Positions 17,401 to 26,057 of a DNA stretch of 64,000 nucleotides are shown here, in pieces. Position 1 is the stretch's first letter; each line of letters opens with the position of its first letter. The position numbers and the translations under genes were made by a program. The stretch is from an uncultured Desulfarculus sp. Its GTDB lineage: Bacteria; Desulfobacterota; Desulfarculia; Desulfarculales; Desulfarculaceae. The notes beneath the pieces are model-generated. The model did no database searches, had not been told where the DNA came from, and saw only the letters and a list, made by a program, of their open reading frames with translations. The stretch lies in assembly GCA_963665125.2 (NCBI GenBank), contig CAXXUK010000001.1:1312001-1376000 (forward strand), written 5' to 3'.

Positions 17401-18720
17401 ATGGATTTTTCTCCCCACTCAAACCAGGACCGCGCCGAGATGCTGGCCGAGATGGGCCTGGGGTCAATCGAGGACCTGTTCGCGCCCATACCGCAAAAGC
17501 TCCGGGCAAAGTCGTGGAATCTGCCCGCCCCCAAAAGCGAGCTTGAGGTGGCCGGCCACATGGCCCATCTGGCAGGGCTCAACGCCCACGCGCTCACATG
17601 TTTTCTGGGCGGCGGTTTCTATGACCATTTCATCCCGGCGGCCGTGGACGCGGTCCTCAGTCGCAGTGAATTCTACACGGCATACACGCCCTACCAGGCC
17701 GAAATGTCCCAGGGCACCTTGCAGAGCATCTTCGAGTACCAGACGGCCATAGCCCGGCTCACGGGCCTGGACGCGGCCAACGCTTCGCTATACGACGGCG
17801 GCACTGCCATCTACGAAGCGGCCATGATGGCCGTGCGCAAGACCAAGCGCAAGAAGCTGATCATCTGCACCTCCCTGAGCCCCATCTACCGGGTGATGCT
17901 GCGCTCCTACACAACCAACCTGCATCTGGAGCTGGTGGAGGACGACATCAGCGACATCGGCCGCCTGGAAGAACTCATCGACGATGACACGGCGGGCGTG
18001 ATCGTCCAGAACCCGGACTTTTTCGGTCTGATCCGCGACTACGAGGGGCACTTCGCCCTGGCCGCCGAGCACAAGACCCTGTCCATCATCAGTTGCAATC
18101 CCCTGGCCCTGGCCGTGATCAAGTCGCCCGGCGAGATGGGCGCGGACATCGCCGTGGGCGAAGGCCAACCCCTGGGCCTGGCCCTGTCCTTTGGAGGGCC
18201 CTATCTGGGTTACATGGCCGTGCGGGAAAAGCTCCTGCGGACCATGCCCGGCCGAGTGGTGGGCCGCACCACCGACGCCCAGGGCCGGGTGGGCTACTGT
18301 CTGACCCTGCAAACCCGGGAGCAACACATCCGCCGGGAAAAGGCCACCAGCAACATCTGCACAAACCAGGCCCTATGCGCCCTGGCCTCCATGGTCTACA
18401 TGAGCCTGATGGGCAAGCGCGGCCTGGTGGATCAGGCCCGGCTGAACATGGCCATTGCCGAGCACGCCCGCCAGCGGCTCACGGCCATCGAGGGCGTGGA
18501 ACTGGTGGACAAGGGCCCATGGTTCAATGAATTCCGCCTGAGGCTGCCCACCGACGCCCGGGTGGTCATCAGCCGCCTGGTGGACAAGGGCTTCGCCGCG
18601 GGCTTCCCCCTGGGCCGCTACTACCCGGGCCAGTGCAACTACCTGCTGGTGGCGGTGACCGAGAAGCGCACCAAGGAAGAGATCGGCTGCTTTGCCGAAG
18701 GCCTGGAGGCGGTGCTATGA
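17401..18720 (+). CDS. gcvPA: glycine dehydrogenase (decarboxylating) subunit 1
   Basis: 'RSEFYTAYTPYQAEMSQGTLQ', 'NASLYDG', 'LQTREQHIRREKATSNICTNQAL'. Confidence 0.96.
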   Translation: MDFSPHSNQDRAEMLAEMGLGSIEDLFAPIPQKLRAKSWNLPAPKSELEVAGHMAHLAGLNAHALTCFLGGGFYDHFIPAAVDAVLSRSEFYTAYTPYQAEMSQGTLQSIFEYQTAIARLTGLDAANASLYDGGTAIYEAAMMAVRKTKRKKLIICTSLSPIYRVMLRSYTTNLHLELVEDDISDIGRLEELIDDDTAGVIVQNPDFFGLIRDYEGHFALAAEHKTLSIISCNPLALAVIKSPGEMGADIAVGEGQPLGLALSFGGPYLGYMAVREKLLRTMPGRVVGRTTDAQGRVGYCLTLQTREQHIRREKATSNICTNQALCALASMVYMSLMGKRGLVDQARLNMAIAEHARQRLTAIEGVELVDKGPWFNEFRLRLPTDARVVISRLVDKGFAAGFPLGRYYPGQCNYLLVAVTEKRTKEEIGCFAEGLEAVL

Positions 18721-20198
18721 AAACCATCTACGCCAAGAGCAGACCGGGCCGCAAGGGCTACAGCCTGCCCACGCCCAATATATGCGTGGATTGCTTTGAG
18801 CGGAGCCAGCTTCCGCCGGAATTGATGCGCAAGGACCCGGCCGAGCTGCCCGAGGTGGCCGAGGTGGAGGTAATGCGCCACTTCACCAATCTATCGCGCC
18901 AAAACTTCGGCGTGGAGGTGGGCACCTACCCCCTGGGCTCGTGCACCATGAAATACAACCCCAAGTTCACCGAACAGGCGGCCCGGCTGCCCGGCTTCGT
19001 GGGCCTGCACCCCCTGCTGCCTCAGCTGCGGCGGGGCGGTCTGCTGACCCAGGGGGCCCTGCGGGTGCTCTATGACTGCGAGAGGCTCTTGGCCGAGATC
19101 ACCGGCATGAGCGCCTTCACCATGCAACCCCTGGCCGGGGCCCACGGCGAACTCACCGGCATCATGCTCATGGCCGCCTATCACCGGGACAAGGGCAACA
19201 AAAAGTCCATCGTCCTGGTGCCCGACTCGGCCCACGGCACCAACCCGGCCTCGGCGGCAATCGCCGGATACGAGGTGGTCACCGTGCCGTCCAAAGACGG
19301 CGTCATGGACCCGGCGGCGTTCAAGGAAATGCTCAGCGAAGAGGTGGCCGGGGTGATGATGACCAATCCCAACACTCTGGGCCTGTTCAACCCCTACATA
19401 GCAGAGATCGCCGAGGCGGCCCACGAGGTCGACGCCCTGCTCTACTATGACGGGGCCAACCTCAACGCCATCATGGGCTATGCCAAACCGGCGGACCTGG
19501 GCTTTGACATCGTGCACCTAAACCTGCACAAAACCTTCGGCACGCCCCACGGCGGCGGCGGACCCGGCTCGGGCCCGGTGGGCGTGGTGGACAAGCTGCT
19601 GGATTACCTGCCCGTGTCGCGCATTGTCGAGCGGGGCGACGGCACCCTGTTCCTGGACTACGACTACCCCAAGACCATCGGCTACGTGGCGCCCTTCTAC
19701 GGCAACTTCAGCGTTGTCCTCAAGGCCTATGCCTATATCCTGGCCCTGGGCGGCGAGGGCCTCAAGCGCGTCAGCGAAGACGCGGTCCTCAACGCCAACT
19801 ACCTGCGCGTGGGTCTCATGGAAAATTGGCAGGTGGGCATGGACAAGCCCTGCATGCACGAGGTGGTGTTCACGGCCCAGGACAAGGCCAAACAGTTCGG
19901 CGTATCGGCTGTGGACATCGCCAAGAGCCTCATCGACGCGGGCTTCCATCCGCCCACGATATACTTCCCCCTGGTGGTGCCCGAGGCATTGATGATCGAG
20001 CCTACGGAAACCGAGACCAGGGAAAACCTGGACAGCTTCATCCAGGCCATGAACCGTATCGCCGAGGCCTGCGCCGAGGACCCCCAGAGCCTGCACGACG
20101 CGCCCAAGACCACCCCGGTGGGCAGGCTGGATGAGGTAACCGCAGCCCGCAAGCCGGTGCTGGTGGAGCCTCTGGGAACGGAAGAGCGCCAAGCATGA
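18717..20198 (+). CDS. gcvPB: glycine dehydrogenase (decarboxylating) subunit 2
   Basis: 'YPLGSCTMKYNP', 'PDSAHGTNPASA', PLP-Lys 'LNLHKTFGTPHGGGGPG'; ATGA overlap with gcvPA sets the start at 18717. Confidence 0.96.
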   Translation: MKTIYAKSRPGRKGYSLPTPNICVDCFERSQLPPELMRKDPAELPEVAEVEVMRHFTNLSRQNFGVEVGTYPLGSCTMKYNPKFTEQAARLPGFVGLHPLLPQLRRGGLLTQGALRVLYDCERLLAEITGMSAFTMQPLAGAHGELTGIMLMAAYHRDKGNKKSIVLVPDSAHGTNPASAAIAGYEVVTVPSKDGVMDPAAFKEMLSEEVAGVMMTNPNTLGLFNPYIAEIAEAAHEVDALLYYDGANLNAIMGYAKPADLGFDIVHLNLHKTFGTPHGGGGPGSGPVGVVDKLLDYLPVSRIVERGDGTLFLDYDYPKTIGYVAPFYGNFSVVLKAYAYILALGGEGLKRVSEDAVLNANYLRVGLMENWQVGMDKPCMHEVVFTAQDKAKQFGVSAVDIAKSLIDAGFHPPTIYFPLVVPEALMIEPTETETRENLDSFIQAMNRIAEACAEDPQSLHDAPKTTPVGRLDEVTAARKPVLVEPLGTEERQA

Positions 20199-21061
20199 GC
20201 CAAGCAGCACGCAAACCGGCCTGGCTAAAGAGAAAAATCCCCCTGCCCGGCAGCCACGGCCGGGTCCAGGGGGCCATCGACGAATTGGGTCTGCACACTG
20301 TCTGCCGGGAGGCCCGTTGCCCCAACCGCATGGAATGCTATGCCTGCGGCACGGCCACTTTTTTGTTGCTGGGGCCCAGTTGCACCCGGCGCTGCACCTT
20401 TTGCGCGGTGGACAAATCAGCCATGAGTCCGCCCGACCCCGCCGAACCCGAGCACATCGCCCAAGCCGTGGCCAGGCTGGGCCTATCTTTTTGCGTATTG
20501 ACCATGGTCACCAGGGACGATCTGCCCGACGGCGGCGCGGCCCATGTGGCGGCCACGGTGCGGGCTTTGCGCGGCACAAATCCGAATATCGGCGTGGAGC
20601 TGTTGATCTCCGACCTGGGCGGTGACAGGCGGTCCCTGGAGACAGTGCTGGCCGCCAGGCCCCAGGTCCTCAACCACAACATCGAGACCGTGCCCCGGCT
20701 CTACCCCGAGGTGCGTCCCCAGGCCGATTACCAACGCAGCCTGGATCTATTGGCCGATGTTCGGGCCATCGACGAGGCGATCGTGCGCAAATCGGGCATC
20801 ATGCTGGGTCTGGGCGAGACCGAGGCGGAGGTTGGCGAGGTGTTCCGCGATCTATTGAACGCGGGCTGCCAGAGTCTGACCCTGGGCCAATACCTGGCCC
20901 CGTCACGGGATCACCACTCCGTGGCCGGGTATGTCTCGCCGGAGCGGTTTGAGGCCCTCAGGCAACAGGCTTTGAGCATGGGCTTCAATGCAGTGGCCTC
21001 GGGGCCCTTCGTGCGCAGCTCATACCAGGCCGAAGGGTTGTACCAGGCTGTCTGCGGGTAG
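20195..21061 (+). CDS. lipA: lipoyl synthase
   Basis: CX4CX5C 'CREARCPNRMEC', radical SAM 'CTRRCTFC', 'NHNIETVPRLY', 'VRSSY'. Confidence 0.95.
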   Translation: MSQAARKPAWLKRKIPLPGSHGRVQGAIDELGLHTVCREARCPNRMECYACGTATFLLLGPSCTRRCTFCAVDKSAMSPPDPAEPEHIAQAVARLGLSFCVLTMVTRDDLPDGGAAHVAATVRALRGTNPNIGVELLISDLGGDRRSLETVLAARPQVLNHNIETVPRLYPEVRPQADYQRSLDLLADVRAIDEAIVRKSGIMLGLGETEAEVGEVFRDLLNAGCQSLTLGQYLAPSRDHHSVAGYVSPERFEALRQQALSMGFNAVASGPFVRSSYQAEGLYQAVCG

Positions 21062-21119
21062 AAAAACCAAGGTTATAATTAGGATTAAATAATAGTCATA
21101 TGGCTTTGTTTTTACAGGT

Positions 21120-21734
21120 CTACTCGTTGGTATTATTCCTGAAACGCTCAAGCCGCCGCGAATCATCGAACTCCATGGCGGCGGGGTTGGGTAAATGCAC
21201 GGCGATTGTCTTGCGCCACTGAACGCTCTTGCCGCCGGGGTGGTTTGAAACCATTTCCTGTCCCGACACGGCAAACTCGGCGTCCACCCATTTGCCGGAA
21301 GGCGCCAGCAAGCTGCCCTTATATTTGCTTTGGGCAACGGGTTGCGCCCTGATTATCTCCACGCCCAACAGGGGATAATAACCGCTGAGCTTTTCCGGTA
21401 CATACGTCAACTGGCCCCAAAAGCCCTGGGAGTTCTGCTTCACGGCCATTGTCAGGCCCGACTTGGCCCGCCACAGCCCCACTAAGTCCTTGTCCAACAC
21501 CTTTTTTTGACTTTTCGCGCAAAACGAAACCTTGATCAGGTTTCGGTTGACGCAGGCCCGGCAGTCGTTATCGGCAAGGCCCATGTCCAACGGCTGGGGG
21601 CAGCCGGGGCAAAAGTCGGCCATGCACAACGGGTCCAGGACAATCTGATTGGACTGCGGCCATGCCGGAGAAGACGCCAGCATCAAAGCCGCCGACAGGC
21701 CGGCGCAGAAGATTTTCAGACGTACGGCTTTCAT
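21120..21734 (-). CDS. exported Cys-rich hypothetical protein
   Basis: Start at ATG 21734 (ATGA overlap, GAAGGAG RBS); signal peptide ending AWP; CMADFCPGC...CRAC...C. Confidence 0.65.
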   Translation of the reverse strand: MKAVRLKIFCAGLSAALMLASSPAWPQSNQIVLDPLCMADFCPGCPQPLDMGLADNDCRACVNRNLIKVSFCAKSQKKVLDKDLVGLWRAKSGLTMAVKQNSQGFWGQLTYVPEKLSGYYPLLGVEIIRAQPVAQSKYKGSLLAPSGKWVDAEFAVSGQEMVSNHPGGKSVQWRKTIAVHLPNPAAMEFDDSRRLERFRNNTNE

Positions 21735-22177
21735 TGCGTTACTCCTTCCAGGCCTGCCTGGGACATGCTCAATAAAAAAATATAGAGCAGCACCACGTTG
21801 ACCGCGTGCACCACCACCGTACCCAGCAACGTGAGGCCTATGCGCCCCTTTACCGGGCAACTGGGATCGCCTGCTGGGAAAAGCAGCCTGCCGTAGGCAA
21901 ACCAGCCCGTCAGCAGCAGGGCGATGGTCATGCCGATCCACGATTCCGGCGTGTTGCTCACCGGAGGCCGCAGCCCCCAGACAATGATGTTGACTAAAAA
22001 CACCAGGAGGTGAGCCCCGGCGTCCTGGACCAGAAATGCCGCGAAGGCCCTGGCCAGGCCGGCCCTGCGGCCGCAGCCCAGCTTGGCGGCCATGCTCACG
22101 GGCCAGGCCATGACAACACCGAGGACGGAGGACAACAGCATTACGCTGATAAAAACAATCAGGATTTCCCTAGCCAT
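21731..22177 (-). CDS. integral membrane hypothetical protein (about 4 TM)
   Basis: Hydrophobic helices; GGAG RBS; coupled to the downstream gene. Confidence 0.65.
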   Translation of the reverse strand: MAREILIVFISVMLLSSVLGVVMAWPVSMAAKLGCGRRAGLARAFAAFLVQDAGAHLLVFLVNIIVWGLRPPVSNTPESWIGMTIALLLTGWFAYGRLLFPAGDPSCPVKGRIGLTLLGTVVVHAVNVVLLYIFLLSMSQAGLEGVTQ

Positions 22178-22202
22178 TACTTCTCCATGCCATCTTTCAG
22201 CC

Positions 22203-22976
22203 CTACCATCCAGAAACCAGCAACCTCTTTGCCGCCTTTGTTTTTATATTTTGGTACCTGGCATAGGCCCTTGCCGATCTCAGTCGGATGTCTTGGTCGG
22301 TTTCCCCTTTTGCCCAGCCATCCAGGGCAGCCAGCAGGGTGTATGCTTCCGGAGCCATCAGGCCGGTGGTCCAAAGAAGGGGTTTTGCCCCGGCGGCCTT
22401 GAGCCATTGCTCAAAGAAGGCCTTGGCCGCGCAGGCCAGGATAATCACCCTGGGCGCATCAGGCGCGGCTGTCTTCGGCAAAGGCGGCGGGCCGAATTCC
22501 ATGAGGCCATTGTGACCAACATACACGACCAGCTTTGGCTTGGGAATGTTTCCCCGGCCCGCGGCGGCATCCAGAAAATCGTATACCGCCTTCTTTATCT
22601 CCCGGCCCTGGTAGGCATAAGCAACCAAGGTCAAGCCGTCGCGTCTGTAGCGGCATGTCTCCAATATTGGTCCGGTCTTTGTTTTTTCGCATCCTGCCAG
22701 TTTCCAGGCACTATCCCTACTCATCATGGTCTTCAGGCCGTACATTGCCCCCCAGTAGAGGTTGCGCCCGGGGTCGTCGCCATTGCCAATGCTATCAGGA
22801 ACAGGCACTATGCCCTGATGCTTGTTATCGGCCAAGGCAACAAACACTTCAATACTGCCGAACGGTTCGCCGGCCGCCGCAATGTTGCATGCAAACAGTA
22901 CAAAGGCAACCGCCAACAAAACCGAAACCTGCAAGGTTGATCGGACATCTCCCGGCAAGCGATTAATCACCGGCAT
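22203..22976 (-). CDS. exported hypothetical protein
   Basis: Signal-like N-terminus; conserved-looking 'VALADNKHQGIVPVP..IGNGDDP..NLYWGA.YG', 'YVGHNGLM', 'ILAC', 'MAPEAY'. Confidence 0.7.
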   Translation of the reverse strand: MPVINRLPGDVRSTLQVSVLLAVAFVLFACNIAAAGEPFGSIEVFVALADNKHQGIVPVPDSIGNGDDPGRNLYWGAMYGLKTMMSRDSAWKLAGCEKTKTGPILETCRYRRDGLTLVAYAYQGREIKKAVYDFLDAAAGRGNIPKPKLVVYVGHNGLMEFGPPPLPKTAAPDAPRVIILACAAKAFFEQWLKAAGAKPLLWTTGLMAPEAYTLLAALDGWAKGETDQDIRLRSARAYARYQNIKTKAAKRLLVSGW

Positions 22977-24124
22977 TGGTTCTGTAAAAATAGCCTGCGC
23001 TCCTTTACTTCGCCTCTGGTGTCGCTTTCACCGACCCTCATGCACCAATTGTAGTGGTTGTCAAAATTGCCTTGCCAACGGTTTTTGTTGTTATGTTGGC
23101 AACCCCGTCCGACAAACTCCCGGTATTGCTGCACTGCCGTTGTGGCGTATGCGCGGCATCGGGTGTTGCCGTATCTGCCGGGTTGTGCCGTGGGTTCCGG
23201 CTCAATGGTCCGATAGGGCCCGGGCGTCTGGTGAGGTGTGGAAGTCCAAACCGGCGCGGGAGTTGGGGTCCATGCCGAGGGTTGGGGCGGACGCACCGGC
23301 ACAAGCTGAGGCACACATCCGTTGGTAAGCACATCGGCGATCGCGTTGCTGATGTTATCGGCAAGCTGGATATTGGGGCCCAGCATGTTGATGTTCTCGG
23401 CGTTGTCAATGAGCCGCTGCACGTCCTGCCTTATGGCGTCAGTCCTAAGCCCTACGCACTGGATCATGAAATCACCCAATGGCGTAAGCTGAATCGCGTC
23501 GTATTGATCAAGCAGTTGCATGGTCAGGCGCAGATGCCTGACAGCCATGTCCATCTGATGCTGGCCTTCCAGGAGATCATTGTTGCGGTTGAATTGCTCG
23601 TTGGCATGGCGCAGGGCCTGAGCCGCATAGGCGGTGGCATAGCCAAGCCGGAAATACAACGTCGCGCAGGTGGTCTGCCTGATGGTCCTGCGGTTGACTT
23701 GCATCACCGCAAGAGCATTGCCCCAGGAGTTGTACGCGCCCTGAAGGTAGACATAGATTTGTCTGCGTTTGATGAGATGTTCCCTCGGATCGCGCAACTT
23801 ACCGGCAAGGGCGTTTAATTGCGCCACCATGGCCGTCCAGCCGCCCCAGGCCTCGATCTGATTGGGGGTGCAAGAGCGATTGGCAATTCGCAAACCATCC
23901 CCGGCCCTTTGCAGGAATTCAAACATCGGCTCATCAAACTGTGATGGCGCCTGGCGCATCCGGGTGGCTTCCATGAAAGAGGCGGCCCAGCCAATCCAGC
24001 GTCCGGTGCTGTAAATCTGAACGCAGCAATCCCTCTCTGGAACGATTTGCTGGGCTGAAGAGGCGGAGGGCCATGCAAGAAATAACGCGGCCAGCAGCAT
24101 CACCCACTGTCTCGATAAACGCAT
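22967..24124 (-). CDS. exported hypothetical protein with Pro/Thr linker and C-terminal Cys module
   Basis: Signal peptide ending SSA; helical body; PT-rich linker; 'CRAYA..AV.Q.....GC......RW......HYNWC'. Confidence 0.7.
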   Translation of the reverse strand: MRLSRQWVMLLAALFLAWPSASSAQQIVPERDCCVQIYSTGRWIGWAASFMEATRMRQAPSQFDEPMFEFLQRAGDGLRIANRSCTPNQIEAWGGWTAMVAQLNALAGKLRDPREHLIKRRQIYVYLQGAYNSWGNALAVMQVNRRTIRQTTCATLYFRLGYATAYAAQALRHANEQFNRNNDLLEGQHQMDMAVRHLRLTMQLLDQYDAIQLTPLGDFMIQCVGLRTDAIRQDVQRLIDNAENINMLGPNIQLADNISNAIADVLTNGCVPQLVPVRPPQPSAWTPTPAPVWTSTPHQTPGPYRTIEPEPTAQPGRYGNTRCRAYATTAVQQYREFVGRGCQHNNKNRWQGNFDNHYNWCMRVGESDTRGEVKERRLFLQNQCR

Positions 24125-24274
24125 GATAAAAACCCTTTTTGTTTGCCGCGGATTAGCCGCCGCGACGGTTTGCGATTTGTGTTTTCAGAGGTGATGCGGA
24201 CTTCGTTACCAGGATGAAAAATCAAGCCATGCTTGCACAAACCAGCGGAATTGACAATATGGCGGGCCAACCGG

Positions 24275-24862
24275 TCAGTAAGGCTTGAGCAAGGAATCGT
24301 GGACGTATCCGACCTTGCGCTCAAAGCGGGGATCGATGGATCCGGGCCCCACAGGTTTGATCTTCATCCATTGGCCGGAGCGTTCCAGCAACTTAACCTG
24401 CATGCCCGGCTTGACAGCGGTGATGACCTGGGTGTCGGTGGACGGCCCCTTGCGTACATTGGCCCCGTTATTGGCCGTGACGATGTACCAGTCCTTGAAT
24501 TTGGCCAAATCAATGGGGCCTGTCCGGTCGGCCACCTGCTTGAGCAGTTCCGGGTAGCCCACGCTGTTGCGCGCGCCATAGAGGCAGTTGAAATTCTTGA
24601 ACACCGAGCAGGCCAGCTCGGCCACTTCCTTATGGCGGCCCATGGCATCCAGCAGAACCGGCAGCAGTTTTTGGTCATCCTCGGGCGCCTGATAACCGTC
24701 GGCGCAGTCGAGCATGTGGAACAAGGCCTTGTGGCGCTGACCCTGTTCATAGGCACCGATCCACATATCCACAGTACCGCAGGCCAATGACACGCCCGGC
24801 AGGCAAAGAAGAATCAATAACACCAGGGCGGCAAGCCCTTTCGACAAATTGCGCATGGCCAC
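24275..24862 (-). CDS. exported protein with C-terminal SH3b domain
   Basis: Signal peptide; 'GANVRKGPST..QVI...KPG..V.LLERSGQWMKI...GYVH.SLL'. Confidence 0.8.
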   Translation of the reverse strand: MAMRNLSKGLAALVLLILLCLPGVSLACGTVDMWIGAYEQGQRHKALFHMLDCADGYQAPEDDQKLLPVLLDAMGRHKEVAELACSVFKNFNCLYGARNSVGYPELLKQVADRTGPIDLAKFKDWYIVTANNGANVRKGPSTDTQVITAVKPGMQVKLLERSGQWMKIKPVGPGSIDPRFERKVGYVHDSLLKPY

Positions 24863-24993
24863 ACCTTTCTCCGGTCCTTATTGCCCGGCGACCGACTGCC
24901 TGATCAAACGGTAAGCTCTAATCATTGGCCAGGTCAAGCATTGTTGCCTTAATTGACGATCAATCACCATGGTTCCTTACGGGATTTATCATT

Positions 24994-25031
24994 TAATTAC
25001 GACCATTACCCCTAATTACGACCATTACCCC
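24994..25031. repeat. perfect 19-bp tandem duplication TAATTACGACCATTACCCC x2
   Basis: Read directly: 24994-25012 and 25013-25031. Confidence 0.9.
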
Positions 25032-25126
25032 GGCAATTCTTCGTCATCAAAGGCCCATGGTTTGCCAGTGATCCGTTGCGGCACTATACTTGTCCGAGAG
25101 ATGGCAAGGGCCTGTAATACGTCGGG

Positions 25127-25873
25127 GTGCATGTGATGAGCCGCTTTCTGCCCTATTTGAAAATCTGGTTGGTTGTCTTATTTGCGTTCATCCAGGTCGG
25201 CTGCGCGCCGGGCATACCCCAATACGACGACCAACAGGGTAAGGAACTGGTGGTCCTGTTGCATGGCCTGGGCCGCAACCAGCGCAGCATGGTCTACATG
25301 GCCGCTCATTTGCGGGGCGCAGGTTATGCCACATACCGGGTGGATTACAAATCCCTGGGCGAAAAGTCCGAAGACGTGCTGGCCGACGTCACCTCCCAGA
25401 TCAACGGACTCGATCTGGCCCGCAGACCCAAGGTGCATTTCGTGGGGCATTCCCTGGGCGGCCTGTTGACCAGGGCCTATCTGGAGCAAAACAAGCCGGC
25501 CAACCTGGGCCGGGTGGTTTTACTGGGTACGCCCAATCACGGAACGGAAATAATCGACAAATATGCCGCTAAATGCTGGCTGAGTTGGTTGGGCCCCACC
25601 GCCCTGTCCCTGGGCACGGGCCCCCAAAGCCTGCCCAACTCCCTGCCCAGGCCGACTTATCCGGTGGGCGTCGTGGCGGGATTGTCCAGCGGCCCGTTCA
25701 GCAATGAAACCCTGCCCGGCGATGACGACGGCCTTGTCACCGTGGAGTCTTCCAAGGTCGAGGGCATGCGCGACTTTATCATTGTCGATACGAACCACGC
25801 CTTTCTGCGCCTTGACACTTTGGTCATGGAGCAGACCGTCAACTTTCTGCGCAGGGGCGAGTTCCTCCACTAA
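25127..25873 (+). CDS. alpha/beta hydrolase (lipase/esterase), probable lipoprotein
   Basis: 'LLHGLGR', nucleophile elbow 'VGHSLGG', 'GTPNHG', 'DDGLV', 'NHAF'; lipobox-like 'QVGC'. Start may be ATG 25136. Confidence 0.88.
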   Translation: MHVMSRFLPYLKIWLVVLFAFIQVGCAPGIPQYDDQQGKELVVLLHGLGRNQRSMVYMAAHLRGAGYATYRVDYKSLGEKSEDVLADVTSQINGLDLARRPKVHFVGHSLGGLLTRAYLEQNKPANLGRVVLLGTPNHGTEIIDKYAAKCWLSWLGPTALSLGTGPQSLPNSLPRPTYPVGVVAGLSSGPFSNETLPGDDDGLVTVESSKVEGMRDFIIVDTNHAFLRLDTLVMEQTVNFLRRGEFLH

Positions 25874-26057
25874 CTCACCTGATTAATTGTTTTTTACCGG
25901 ATATCCCAAAAATATCCCGTCCGCTGTGTGTTTGCCGTGGACTGGGCAAGGCTATTTTTGCTAACGTTGTTCTGATATATCAGCCACGTTTACTCATCAA
26001 AACTTTGGTCGCATAAATCGGCATAGCGCCAAACACCAAGTTCGTGGAGAGCGGTAC

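Noticed and set aside
18633..18716. N-terminal extension of gcvPB in the ORF track; similar extensions at 781, 21941, 36234, 39404, 40462, 47755 and 52495
   Set aside because: They overlap upstream genes or lack an RBS; downstream ATGs fit RBS position and family N-termini better.
24994..25031. Possible CRISPR or mini-array
   Set aside because: Only two abutting copies, no spacer, and no cas genes in the window.
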